Below are positions 46,596 through 55,402 of a stretch of 64,000 nt of DNA, piece by piece (positions within the stretch are counted from its first letter, which is position 1; each line of letters begins with the position of its first letter). The notes below the pieces were generated by a model. That model made no database searches. It saw only the letters and a list, made by a program, of their open reading frames with translations, and was not told where the DNA came from. This DNA comes from an uncultured Christensenellaceae bacterium (GTDB lineage Bacteria > Bacillota > Clostridia > Christensenellales > SZUA-584): positions 80,532 to 144,531 of the forward strand of contig CAYTUG010000001.1 in NCBI GenBank assembly GCA_964441275.1, written 5' to 3'. A program made the position numbers and the translations under genes.

Positions 46596-47756
46596 TCATT
46601 CGTAGCGCAACGCATCTATAGGGCGCAGGTTCGCCGCTTTGCCCGCAGGGTATATTCCGAACACTATCCCGACAACCGCAGAAAAACCAAGCGCCAAACC
46701 GACTGTCCCCGCAGACATCGCCATATCTATCTGCATTGCCATCCCTATAAGCTTAAGCCCCGCAAAACTAAGCCCAAGCCCGATAGCTCCCCCCGAAAGG
46801 GACAGCACAACCGCCTCGACTAAAAATTGTGAAAGTATATCGCTTTTTTGCGCGCCTATCGCTTTGCGGATACCTATTTCGCGCGTTCGCTCGGTAACGG
46901 AAACAAGCATAATGTTCATTATGCCGATTCCCCCCACAAGCAACGAAATTGCCGCAATTCCCGAAAGCAATATAGTCATAACTCCCATTACTTCGTTCAT
47001 AACGCTTATTATCGCAGACTGGTTGATTATAGTATAGCCCGAATCCTCGCCTATTTCACGTATTAAAAATTCTTCGGTCGCAGTCTGTGCGCTATCAACC
47101 AGCTCCGGCGACGCCGCGGATATGTAAAGCGAATCAAACTCCTTGTTCGAAAATAGTCTTTGCGCGTTGGTAAGCGGAATAAGCAACACCTTATCCTTAT
47201 TAGCAAGCATTGTTGCCGATTCTTTAAGCACGCCCACAACCGTATATCCGTACCCGTTGATGCCAAGCGCGTTGCCTACGCAGTTTTCAGTACCAAAAAG
47301 CTCTTTCGCCGCTTCTATGCCAATCACCGCGTTATAAGTATGTTCTTTGACGTCTATATCGCATATGAAACGGCCTTCTTTTATTTGCTGCCCGGTTATC
47401 TGCTGATAACTGCTGCTAACCCCTTCAACCTTATACGAATCGCTTTCAACCCCGGTTGATACGTTTGCCGTGCGCGATATAACGCCGGTTACGCCGTAAA
47501 CAGATTCGTGCTGCTCAAGTACGCTTAAATCGTCTATCGTCAAATAAGTATCGTTTGCAGGCAACTGGACATGAAGAAGGTTTGAACCAAGGCTTTGAAT
47601 CTGCCCGGTAATCTCGTCTGTAGCCCCTTCCACTACGGATATAAGCAAGGTTACCGCAATAACACCTATTATGATTCCAAGCATTGTTAGAAACGAACGT
47701 ATTTTATTGCCGCGCAATGCCATAAACGCCATCTTTAGCGCTTGCGAAAACTTCAT
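46596..47756 (-). CDS. ABC transporter permease (MacB/FtsX type)
   Basis: An N-terminal TM helix, then a large extracytoplasmic domain, then the C-terminal FtsX 3-TM bundle (ERTREIGIRKAIGA). Confidence 0.88.
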   Translation of the reverse strand: MKFSQALKMAFMALRGNKIRSFLTMLGIIIGVIAVTLLISVVEGATDEITGQIQSLGSNLLHVQLPANDTYLTIDDLSVLEQHESVYGVTGVISRTANVSTGVESDSYKVEGVSSSYQQITGQQIKEGRFICDIDVKEHTYNAVIGIEAAKELFGTENCVGNALGINGYGYTVVGVLKESATMLANKDKVLLIPLTNAQRLFSNKEFDSLYISAASPELVDSAQTATEEFLIREIGEDSGYTIINQSAIISVMNEVMGVMTILLSGIAAISLLVGGIGIMNIMLVSVTERTREIGIRKAIGAQKSDILSQFLVEAVVLSLSGGAIGLGLSFAGLKLIGMAMQIDMAMSAGTVGLALGFSAVVGIVFGIYPAGKAANLRPIDALRYE

Positions 47757-48439
47757 GCCTCTCCTCCTGCGGCGCTGTCTTTTTCGATCCTTCCGTCTTT
47801 TAAATAAATACGGCGCGAAGCCAAAGCGGCTATGTCCGAATCATGCGTTATTAAGATAACGCTTTTGCCGTCGTTGTTAAGCTCTATAAGCAAGCTCATA
47901 ATATCTTTGCCCGCCCGCGAATCTAAATTACCCGTAGGCTCATCCGCCAAAATAAGAGTCGGATGCGTTGAAAGCGCCCGGGCTATTGCCACTCGCTGCT
48001 GCTGCCCGCCTGAAAGTTCAGTCGGGCGATGCGATATCCTGTCCGATAAACCCACCTTGGCAAGCGAATCTTTAGTGCGTTCTTTTCTCTCCGCAAGTGA
48101 AAGCCCCTGATAAATAAGAGGCAGCTCAACATTTTCATAGGCTGTTAATTTGCTAAGCAGGTTGAACTGTTGGAATATAAACCCTATCTCTTTATTGCGG
48201 ATCTCGCTTAATTGTCTTTCCGAATAGTCTCCGATTAGGCGCCCGTTAAGCCTATATTCTCCTTTATCCGCTAAATCAAGGCATCCTATAATATTCATAA
48301 GAGTTGATTTGCCGCTCCCTGACGGGCCTACCACCGCAACAAACTCGCCATGTGCAATATTGACCGAAACACAATCAAGAGCGTTAAGTTCTATTTCGCC
48401 CATCCGGTAAGTCTTTGTGATTTCTCTAAGTTTAATCAT
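47753..48439 (-). CDS. ABC transporter ATP-binding protein (MacB/LolD-like)
   Basis: Walker A is GPSGSGKST, the signature is [15 protein letters not shown], and Walker B is [11 protein letters not shown]. Confidence 0.93.
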   Translation of the reverse strand: MIKLREITKTYRMGEIELNALDCVSVNIAHGEFVAVVGPSGSGKSTLMNIIGCLDLADKGEYRLNGRLIGDYSERQLSEIRNKEIGFIFQQFNLLSKLTAYENVELPLIYQGLSLAERKERTKDSLAKVGLSDRISHRPTELSGGQQQRVAIARALSTHPTLILADEPTGNLDSRAGKDIMSLLIELNNDGKSVILITHDSDIAALASRRIYLKDGRIEKDSAAGGEA

Positions 48440-49986
48440 CTATCGCCCTCGATTGGTTCCAAACGCGGTTTGCTGCTGTGCCCAGTATCCCTTAAATTCC
48501 ACATCTGCTGCTGCAAACTTAAAGCCCTGACCTTAGGAACCGCCACCCTGTCGGTTTCATCAAGCCCTGCGAGTATTTCGATATTAACACCGTCCGTTAT
48601 TCCTGTCTCAACTTTGTGCGTAGCGGGGGTAAATGCCAAATCTTTGTCTATGTCTTCTTCAAAAACAACATACCTTCCTCCGTTTATAATTTGTACTGCC
48701 TCAATAGGTATCAATAAAACATTTTCTGCGCTTTGCGCCACTATTTCGACATCGGCGCTCATGCCTATCATCACGTCTGCAGCATCTTTTAACAAAAGAG
48801 TTACCGTGTAGCTTGTAACGTTATTTAGCGGCACCCCGATAGGATTAATCTTTGTGATATGTGCGGTATAAACTCTATCGGGCAAAGCGTCAAATTTAAC
48901 TTGAGCCTCTATCCCGATTTTAATGTTTGCAATATCAAGCTCGTCTATCTTAACGTCGATCTTAACCTGATCGTTGCTTTGCACGGAAAATAGCGCCGTG
49001 CCCTCTTGCACCGTTTTGTTCTCGTTTAACGACAGGTTTGACACCACACCATCACTGCCCGCACGAACAGACAAAGATCTCAAATCTTCGTTTACCCGGT
49101 TTAAATCTTCCAACATGCTTTTGCGCTGCTCAATAAGTGTATACATGGACGGCGGCAATACTTTTCCGCGCAGTTTAAAAAGCCTGCCCCCTCGCACAAC
49201 ATCATCACCAACTTTTTTGTATGTTTTAGCTATCTCTCCGCCTTTTGCGATCACATAAACCGGGTGCGCCACATTTACTGTACCCGAAGCCGTATATTTA
49301 CCGCCGTCCGTTGTTATAACGGCAATATCGCCAACTTCAAACCCGCCGTCTTTAAAGCGCACCACAGCCTTATCCTTTATGTCTCTATACACTTTCCCGT
49401 CTGTGCTTTTCCCTCCAACCGCTACGGTTACTTGGTCCCCGACCGCCAAACCGGAATCAGATTCAATTTCCGTCTCCATAATCCCATCCGGACATATCAA
49501 CGCCAACGCTCCGAAACGCTCCGTAACAATATCAACCATGTCTCCCTTCTTGCCGTATACCGCCTTTAATTTCCCCTTTATGGGCGAGTAAACCGTTTTG
49601 CTGCCCGAAGCTGTGCGCATCATCGCCAACGATTTGTCAGTTTCATCGATTTTCGCTTCTATTGAATCGCGTTTTTCCTCGAGCGCAGCGCTTTTTAATG
49701 TCACAATTATATCGTCCGATTTAACAATATCTCCGGCTTCTTTATAAACCTTTTTAACCGTACCCGAAAAACCGGAATAAACAGTGTTGTCCGCAAGAGG
49801 CTCAACTGTGCCTGCGCCTTTAACCTTAACAATAATATCGCCGCGCACAACGTCAACTATTTCATAAGCGGTTTTACCCAATTCATCTGCGTTTGAGCGC
49901 ATTTTCAAGTACCCTGAAACGCCCAAAACCAATATAACCCCCACTATAGACAAGATAATGATTTTTCTCTTTATATTTCTTTTCAT
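48436..49986 (-). CDS. Efflux transporter periplasmic adaptor (HlyD/MFP family)
   Basis: Start is ATG 49986 (MKRNIKRKIIILSIVGV), after GGAGG. A TM anchor is followed by a lipoyl/beta-barrel pattern. There is a 4-nt overlap with the ABC ATPase gene. Confidence 0.8.
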   Translation of the reverse strand: MKRNIKRKIIILSIVGVILVLGVSGYLKMRSNADELGKTAYEIVDVVRGDIIVKVKGAGTVEPLADNTVYSGFSGTVKKVYKEAGDIVKSDDIIVTLKSAALEEKRDSIEAKIDETDKSLAMMRTASGSKTVYSPIKGKLKAVYGKKGDMVDIVTERFGALALICPDGIMETEIESDSGLAVGDQVTVAVGGKSTDGKVYRDIKDKAVVRFKDGGFEVGDIAVITTDGGKYTASGTVNVAHPVYVIAKGGEIAKTYKKVGDDVVRGGRLFKLRGKVLPPSMYTLIEQRKSMLEDLNRVNEDLRSLSVRAGSDGVVSNLSLNENKTVQEGTALFSVQSNDQVKIDVKIDELDIANIKIGIEAQVKFDALPDRVYTAHITKINPIGVPLNNVTSYTVTLLLKDAADVMIGMSADVEIVAQSAENVLLIPIEAVQIINGGRYVVFEEDIDKDLAFTPATHKVETGITDGVNIEILAGLDETDRVAVPKVRALSLQQQMWNLRDTGHSSKPRLEPIEGDR

Positions 49987-50047
49987 GTAAACCTCCGGCT
50001 TAGTGCAAAAGCATTTAATGCTTAAACTGCGTTCGATATAATAATTT

Positions 50048-51400
50048 TTATTTTTCCAACAAAACCTCAATTGCGTCAAAAATGTGCCGCACGCCGTAAA
50101 CTTGGATTTCTTGATGGGTTTTAAGAGATTTAAGGTTCGATTTTGGGATTACCGCCTTTTTAAACCCCATTTTAGCGCATTCGGCCAACCGTTTCTCAAT
50201 CTGCCCGACTGCCCGCACTTCTCCGGTTAAGCCAACTTCCCCCACCGCAACAGCATCGCTTATGGCCGCATCTTTTATGCTTGAAACTATGCTTGCCGCC
50301 ATTGCAAGATCGGCAGCGGGTTGCGCCAAGCGAATCCCCCCCGCAACGTTCAAATACACGTCTTGTGAATAAAGTTTAAGACCCATACGTTTTTCTAAAA
50401 CCGCCACCATAAGCGACATCCGGTTATATTCAATACCCGCCGCCATACGCCTTGGCATCTGAAACGACGTTTGAGAAACAAGAGCTTGTATTTCAAGCAG
50501 CACCGGACGCGTCCCTTCAATTGCGGGATACACGCACGATCCGGAGGCGTCTTTTGTGCGCTCGCTCAGCAAAAGCCCGGAAGGGTTTTCCACTTCGTGC
50601 ATTCCGTCATCGCGCATATCAAAAACGCCAATCTCGTTCGTAGAGCCGAAACGGTTTTTTACCGCGCGCAAAATCCTAAATGTGCCCTGCCGCTCTCCTT
50701 CAAAATAAAGCACCGTGTCAACCATGTGCTCTACCGCGCGCGGGCCCGCTATCGCGCCTTCTTTTGTAACGTGCCCGATAATAAACACGGCCGCCCCGCT
50801 TGTTTTAGCCTCTCTTGTTATTTGCGCGGCGCATTCTCTTATCTGGCTTAAGCTGCCTGCGGCGGGCGCGATTTTTGATGAATACATTGTTTGGATTGAA
50901 TCAACCACCACAAAATCGGGTGCGTAGTTTTTAATCCGGTAAATACAGCTTTGTAATTCCGTCTCGGAAAGCAGCAAAATGTCTTGCTTGCAGTTTAGCC
51001 TTTGCGCCCGAAGTTTAATCTGCCTGGGCGACTCTTCCCCCGAAATGTAGAGCACGCGCTTTCCCGATTGCGATAACGCATCGGCAACCTGCAAGAATAG
51101 AGTTGATTTGCCAATACCCGGCTCACCGCCCGCCAACACGACAGAGCCTTGTACTACCCCCCCGCCCAATACTCTGTCTAATTCTGCAAACCCGGTTTCC
51201 CAACGCGCCGCGTCCGTCATCGACACATCTTTCAAATAAACGGGCTCTTGCCCCAGCGGTGCGGTTATTTGCGCTTGCCGTTCTTCTATCGTCTGCTCAA
51301 AAAGAGTATTCCAACCTTTGCATGAAGGGCACTGTCCTAACCATTTTACATTTGTATAACCGCATTCCGAGCATATAAAAGCGGTTTTATTCTTTGCCAA
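50048..51400 (-). CDS. radA: DNA repair protein RadA/Sms
   Basis: The zinc finger is CSECGYTNVKWLGQCPSC, Walker A is GEPGIGKST, the KNRFG motif is present, and there is a Lon-like C-terminal domain. Confidence 0.95.
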   Translation of the reverse strand: MAKNKTAFICSECGYTNVKWLGQCPSCKGWNTLFEQTIEERQAQITAPLGQEPVYLKDVSMTDAARWETGFAELDRVLGGGVVQGSVVLAGGEPGIGKSTLFLQVADALSQSGKRVLYISGEESPRQIKLRAQRLNCKQDILLLSETELQSCIYRIKNYAPDFVVVDSIQTMYSSKIAPAAGSLSQIRECAAQITREAKTSGAAVFIIGHVTKEGAIAGPRAVEHMVDTVLYFEGERQGTFRILRAVKNRFGSTNEIGVFDMRDDGMHEVENPSGLLLSERTKDASGSCVYPAIEGTRPVLLEIQALVSQTSFQMPRRMAAGIEYNRMSLMVAVLEKRMGLKLYSQDVYLNVAGGIRLAQPAADLAMAASIVSSIKDAAISDAVAVGEVGLTGEVRAVGQIEKRLAECAKMGFKKAVIPKSNLKSLKTHQEIQVYGVRHIFDAIEVLLEK

Positions 51401-51526
51401 CTTGGCGCCCCCTTGCCTTATTTTTTAAATCTATTATATATCTTTTTTGCTTTAAAGCAAAGCGCCATAAAAGCCCCACACGGGTGAGGCTTAATTAAAA
51501 AGTTAGCATATCAAAAAAATAATAGT

Positions 51527-52511
51527 TTAGATAGTCAGGTCAATATGATGTATCGCGCCTGCGCTGCCGTCTTCACGTATAAACACAGAGCTGCTTTTCA
51601 TTTCGCCGTATTCTGCAACATCATCTTTAAGCGAGAATTGCGTTGTGACATCGTTAAGATAAATTGCGCCAATCCCCACGTCGCTTAGTTTAAACAGCGT
51701 CTTTTCACCTTCATCGCTCATTGTGAGCAGCAACAGCTCTTTAAAAACCTCGTCATTCTCATCAATCCATCCGTTGCCATCGGTATCATATTGTTTAAGT
51801 TCAAGAAAACCGTTTTTCTTTTTAGGTCCGAATAATTCAGTGCCATCGTTAATAATCCCGTCACCATTTTTATCAATCGCTAAAAAACCGCTGTTTTTAG
51901 TTGCAAACGAGATGTTATCAACAACTCCATCGGCGTCCAAATCAAAAGCATATTTTTTTGAAGTTAGCGTGGGCGCACCGTTTCCAAAAACAACAACCAA
52001 CGGGTCAACCGCGTTAGCCGAATTTCCCAAGCGCAGCGTCAAATCAGTCCGGCTGTAAAACTCGCGCGACATTGAAAACTCAATATCAAACGAGACAGTT
52101 CGCCCGCCGGATAAAGTCAAATACCCCGCGGAATTAAACTTCACACTCTCTTGCTCGTTTATAACTTCCTGGTATTCATAAACCATGCCCACCCCGCTGT
52201 TGCCAACGCCTTTTAGCGCGACCAAATTTATGTCGGGCAGCGCGGCGGAAACCCGGCCAATCTTTGCGGTTTTAGGTTTAAATGTTACGCGTTTACCCGT
52301 AAGCAAATAAATTAACGATTCAATCAATTTAATGCGCGGGTCTTTTTCAATCTCGTCTTTGTCTAACAAGCTGTTATTATTCGTTTTTTATGTCTACAGA
52401 ATACGGCTTCTCTTCGGCTGAAGTCATAATTTGAATGTTTTCTGTTTCGGTTTTGCCGCTTTTAAGACTGTGCGAGCTGTTTTGAACAATACTATAACTA
52501 TCAATCTTCAT
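51527..52511 (-). pseudogene. Calcium-binding (DxDxDG repeat) protein gene split by a +1 frameshift at an A6 tract
   Basis: ATG 52511 has a strong SD (AAGGAGG + 6 nt) and opens a 44-codon ORF (MKIDSYSIVQNSSHSLKSGKTETENIQIMTSAEEKPYSVDIKNE) that stops at 52377. The 280-aa ORF (52369-51527) is in the +1 frame, with only a TTG start and no SD. Deleting one A from the A6 run (52384-52389) fuses the two ORFs. The downstream part has DLDADGVVD, DKNGDGIINDGTELFG and DTDGNGWIDENDEVF loops. Confidence 0.6.
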
Positions 52512-52620
52512 ATTCGGCCTCCTTGCCCATTACAAAGATTTAATCCCTTCATAGTATTATCGGTATTTTTGCTGCTGTACTTTAACCAAACGGCGCAGTT
52601 GCAAATTGTCTTATTAGCTG

Positions 52621-53796
52621 TTAAGTCAAAGCGCCAATAAAGCTTTTTATTCTATCGAGCGCTTCTTTTATCTTTTCTATCGATGTTGCATACGAACAGC
52701 GAATATAGTTATTCATCTGCTCGCTAAACGCCGTACCCGGCACACAGGCAACCTTTTTTTCGTACAGCAAACGCGTGCAAAATTCTTCCGCGGTCAACCC
52801 TGTCGAGCTTATGTTTGGAAATACATAAAACGCTCCAAGAGGTTCAAAACAACTAAGCCCCATCTCGTTAAACGCCTTGTGCATAAGCCTTCTGCGCCTG
52901 TTATATTCGGCCACCATTGATTTAACCTGGCTAAACTTGTGGCTATATTCGTAGCGCAAAGCCTCAACGCCCGCGTCCTGGCTTACGGACGGAGCGCAAA
53001 GCATAGAGTATTGATGTATCTTGACCATAGCGTCTACCAACGGTTTTGGGCCTGCGGCATAACCTAATCTGAACCCCGTCATGGCAAACGCCTTAGAAAA
53101 CCCGTTTATAACTATTGTTCTTTCTTTCATGCCGGGCAGCGACGCTATTGAAATATGATTGCGCCCATATGTGAGCTCTGCATATATTTCGTCTGAAATC
53201 ACCAGCAAATCGTTTTCTTCTATAATAGGCGCAATCTTTTCGTAATCTTGCCCGGTCATAATCGCGCCCGTGGGATTGTTGGGAAAGGCAACTATAATTG
53301 CCTTGGACTTTTTTGTTATGGCGGCCTTTAGGCGTTGCGGCGTAATGCGAAACTCGTCTTTCTCGCTAAGCATCATAGGAACGGGAACGCCGCCCGAAAA
53401 GCTGACGCCCGGCATATAAGCCACATACGAGGGCGAAGGCGTGATAACTTCGTCGCCCGGATTCATTATTGCACGAAATGCAAGATCAAGCGCCTCGCTT
53501 GCCCCCACCGTTACGAGCACCTGTTTTACATCGTAATTAAGCCCAAAGCGCACGTCAAGATAGCCGCTTATTGCTTTGCGCAGTTCGGTGCTCCCGTGAT
53601 TTGACGAATAATGCGTGCGGCCTGATTCAAGCGCATATATCGCACTTTCCCGGATATTCCAAGGAGTATCAAAATCCGGCTCTCCCACTCCAAGTGAAAT
53701 GCAATCTTTCATTTCGCTTGCAATATCAAAAAATTTGCGTATCCCGGAAGGCGGAACTTGTTTGACAACAGAAGAAACAAACCGTTGGGCGCTCAT
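52621..53796 (-). CDS. Pyridoxal-phosphate-dependent aminotransferase, class I (AlaT/AspC-like)
   Basis: The SKAFAMTGFRLGY PLP-lysine motif and the ...NPTG... motif are present. There is a 4-nt overlap with the upstream Lrp-family gene, an arrangement like B. subtilis alaR-alaT. Confidence 0.9.
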   Translation of the reverse strand: MSAQRFVSSVVKQVPPSGIRKFFDIASEMKDCISLGVGEPDFDTPWNIRESAIYALESGRTHYSSNHGSTELRKAISGYLDVRFGLNYDVKQVLVTVGASEALDLAFRAIMNPGDEVITPSPSYVAYMPGVSFSGGVPVPMMLSEKDEFRITPQRLKAAITKKSKAIIVAFPNNPTGAIMTGQDYEKIAPIIEENDLLVISDEIYAELTYGRNHISIASLPGMKERTIVINGFSKAFAMTGFRLGYAAGPKPLVDAMVKIHQYSMLCAPSVSQDAGVEALRYEYSHKFSQVKSMVAEYNRRRRLMHKAFNEMGLSCFEPLGAFYVFPNISSTGLTAEEFCTRLLYEKKVACVPGTAFSEQMNNYIRCSYATSIEKIKEALDRIKSFIGALT

Positions 53797-54287
53797 GGTG
53801 AGATTACCAGCCTTTCCTCTTGTTCGCGTGTTGTTAATACAACGCCCTGTTCTTTGTATTTTCTCATTATAAAATGCGTAACCGTGCTTGAAACGCCTTC
53901 TAAAACTGCAAGCTTTTCAAATACAAACTGCGATACCTGTTTCATGTTTCCCGCTTTTACTATAACCGAAAGATCGTATGTACCCGACATAAGATAAACC
54001 GACTTAACCTCGGAAAAGCCGTATATACGCTCTGCGAGATCATCATATCCAAGCCCCCGCTTAGGCACTACCTTAACTTCAATAAGCGCCTCCGCTTCGT
54101 CGGAGCCCATTTTCTCCCTGTTTGTGATAGCCATATATTTAACTATTATTTTTTCTTTTTCCATCTCTGCAATGGCTCGTTCTATCTTTTCGCTTGATTC
54201 CCCGGTAAACACCGCCATATCTTGTACGCTAATATTGGCGTCGTTTTCAAGCATATCAAGTATTTGTGCGCGCAAACCATTTTTCAT
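53793..54287 (-). CDS. Lrp/AsnC family transcriptional regulator
   Basis: N-terminal HTH (ILDMLENDANISVQDMAVFTGESSEKIERAI) plus a C-terminal RAM/AsnC domain. Confidence 0.88.
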   Translation of the reverse strand: MKNGLRAQILDMLENDANISVQDMAVFTGESSEKIERAIAEMEKEKIIVKYMAITNREKMGSDEAEALIEVKVVPKRGLGYDDLAERIYGFSEVKSVYLMSGTYDLSVIVKAGNMKQVSQFVFEKLAVLEGVSSTVTHFIMRKYKEQGVVLTTREQEERLVISP

Positions 54288-54374
54288 CTGATTATCCTCC
54301 GTCCCAAATATGTGCTTTTAGTATTTTACCACCGCTGTATACACAACGTCAAACGCCAATACACATGTGCTCTG

Positions 54375-55274
54375 CGTTGTCAAATGATCTGTTACACTTT
54401 TAGCAAAGTTTTCCCTCATAGTACTGGAGGGGCGATTTTTGCCCTAAAACCAGCAGCGGAAAGTTGTTGTCCCAGCTCTGGTAGCGCTGCAGCTGTTCGT
54501 TTGCATCTTCCACCGAATAAAACGTCCTGTTCAAATAAAACCTTTCGCCGTCCATGCGGTGTACCCGCTCTACCTTATCGTTATGCCTTGGCGTTGCAGG
54601 TTTTATCCGTTTGAGATTAATATTTTCCCGCAGAGCATATCGTTCAAAGACTGACCTTTTGTTGCTAAGAGCAGCGTTCGTGAATTCTATACCGTTGTCG
54701 GTCTGGACATACTATATTTCAAACGGAAACTTCTTTCTTGTATAGTGCAGAAACATTGCTGCATTTTCACTACTCAGTTCATCAAATGTCATTCGATATC
54801 GTATTCTTGTGCATTCATCAACTGCTGTAAACTGATATAGCTATCCCTTTGACCAAACATTTCTCCAGGTATTTTCAGGGTATAATATGGTTTAGGTATA
54901 TATTTCTTCTTCCGCTGTTTCTTCCTCCCGATCCCAAGCTTTCTCATCATCCTGTTGAGCGAACTGACGCTTCTTGCATATCCATGCTTATCTACCAGAA
55001 CCATGTGCAGGCAGACAAGCCCCAATTCTTTGTTATGACTCCATACCCGCCGGATCAACCGCAGCTCCTCGGCTGTATGCTGGTTTGGATGGTACTTTGG
55101 CCGATGGCTCCTTTCATACAACGATTCGACCGTTCCGTCATACCGTTTCAACCAGCGATAGATGCTGGTCCGGCATATCTGATAACGTATTGCCGTTGTC
55201 GCTACCGCTCCGCCTTTCTCTATTTCCCTTGTTACCCGTTGACGAAAGAATGCTTTCTGACGTATAGTTTTCAT
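54375..55274 (-). mobile_element. Decayed IS element: rve/DDE transposase pseudogene in at least 3 pieces plus one recognisable end
   Basis: The 161-aa ORF (55274-54789) is the HTH N-terminal part (CRTSIYRWLKRY...RSHRPKYHP) and stops where the catalytic core should begin. Downstream, in another frame, I read ...FPFEI*YVQTDNGIEFTNAALSNKRSVFERYALRENINLKRIKPATPRHNDKVERVHRMDGERFYLN... This is an integrase core with an in-frame TAG, and it ends at 54400. The end sequence is 54375-54395. I found no matching inverted repeat at the other side. Confidence 0.8.
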
Positions 55275-55402
55275 GCGAGGATTCCTTTCTCTCCGACAGT
55301 TGTTCTTTTTGCAATTACAACTTTATCAGATTGGAGGAATCCCTGCTTATTTTTTATACTCCACTGCTACACATCATTGTACAACCTACATGTTTGTTGC
55401 CG

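Noticed and set aside
55275-55402. A second inverted repeat of the decayed IS on the ileS side.
   Set aside because: The best candidate, gACAGtTgtTcTTT, shares only scattered bases with GTAACAGATCATTTGACAACG, which is not convincing. That end of the element is therefore left undefined.
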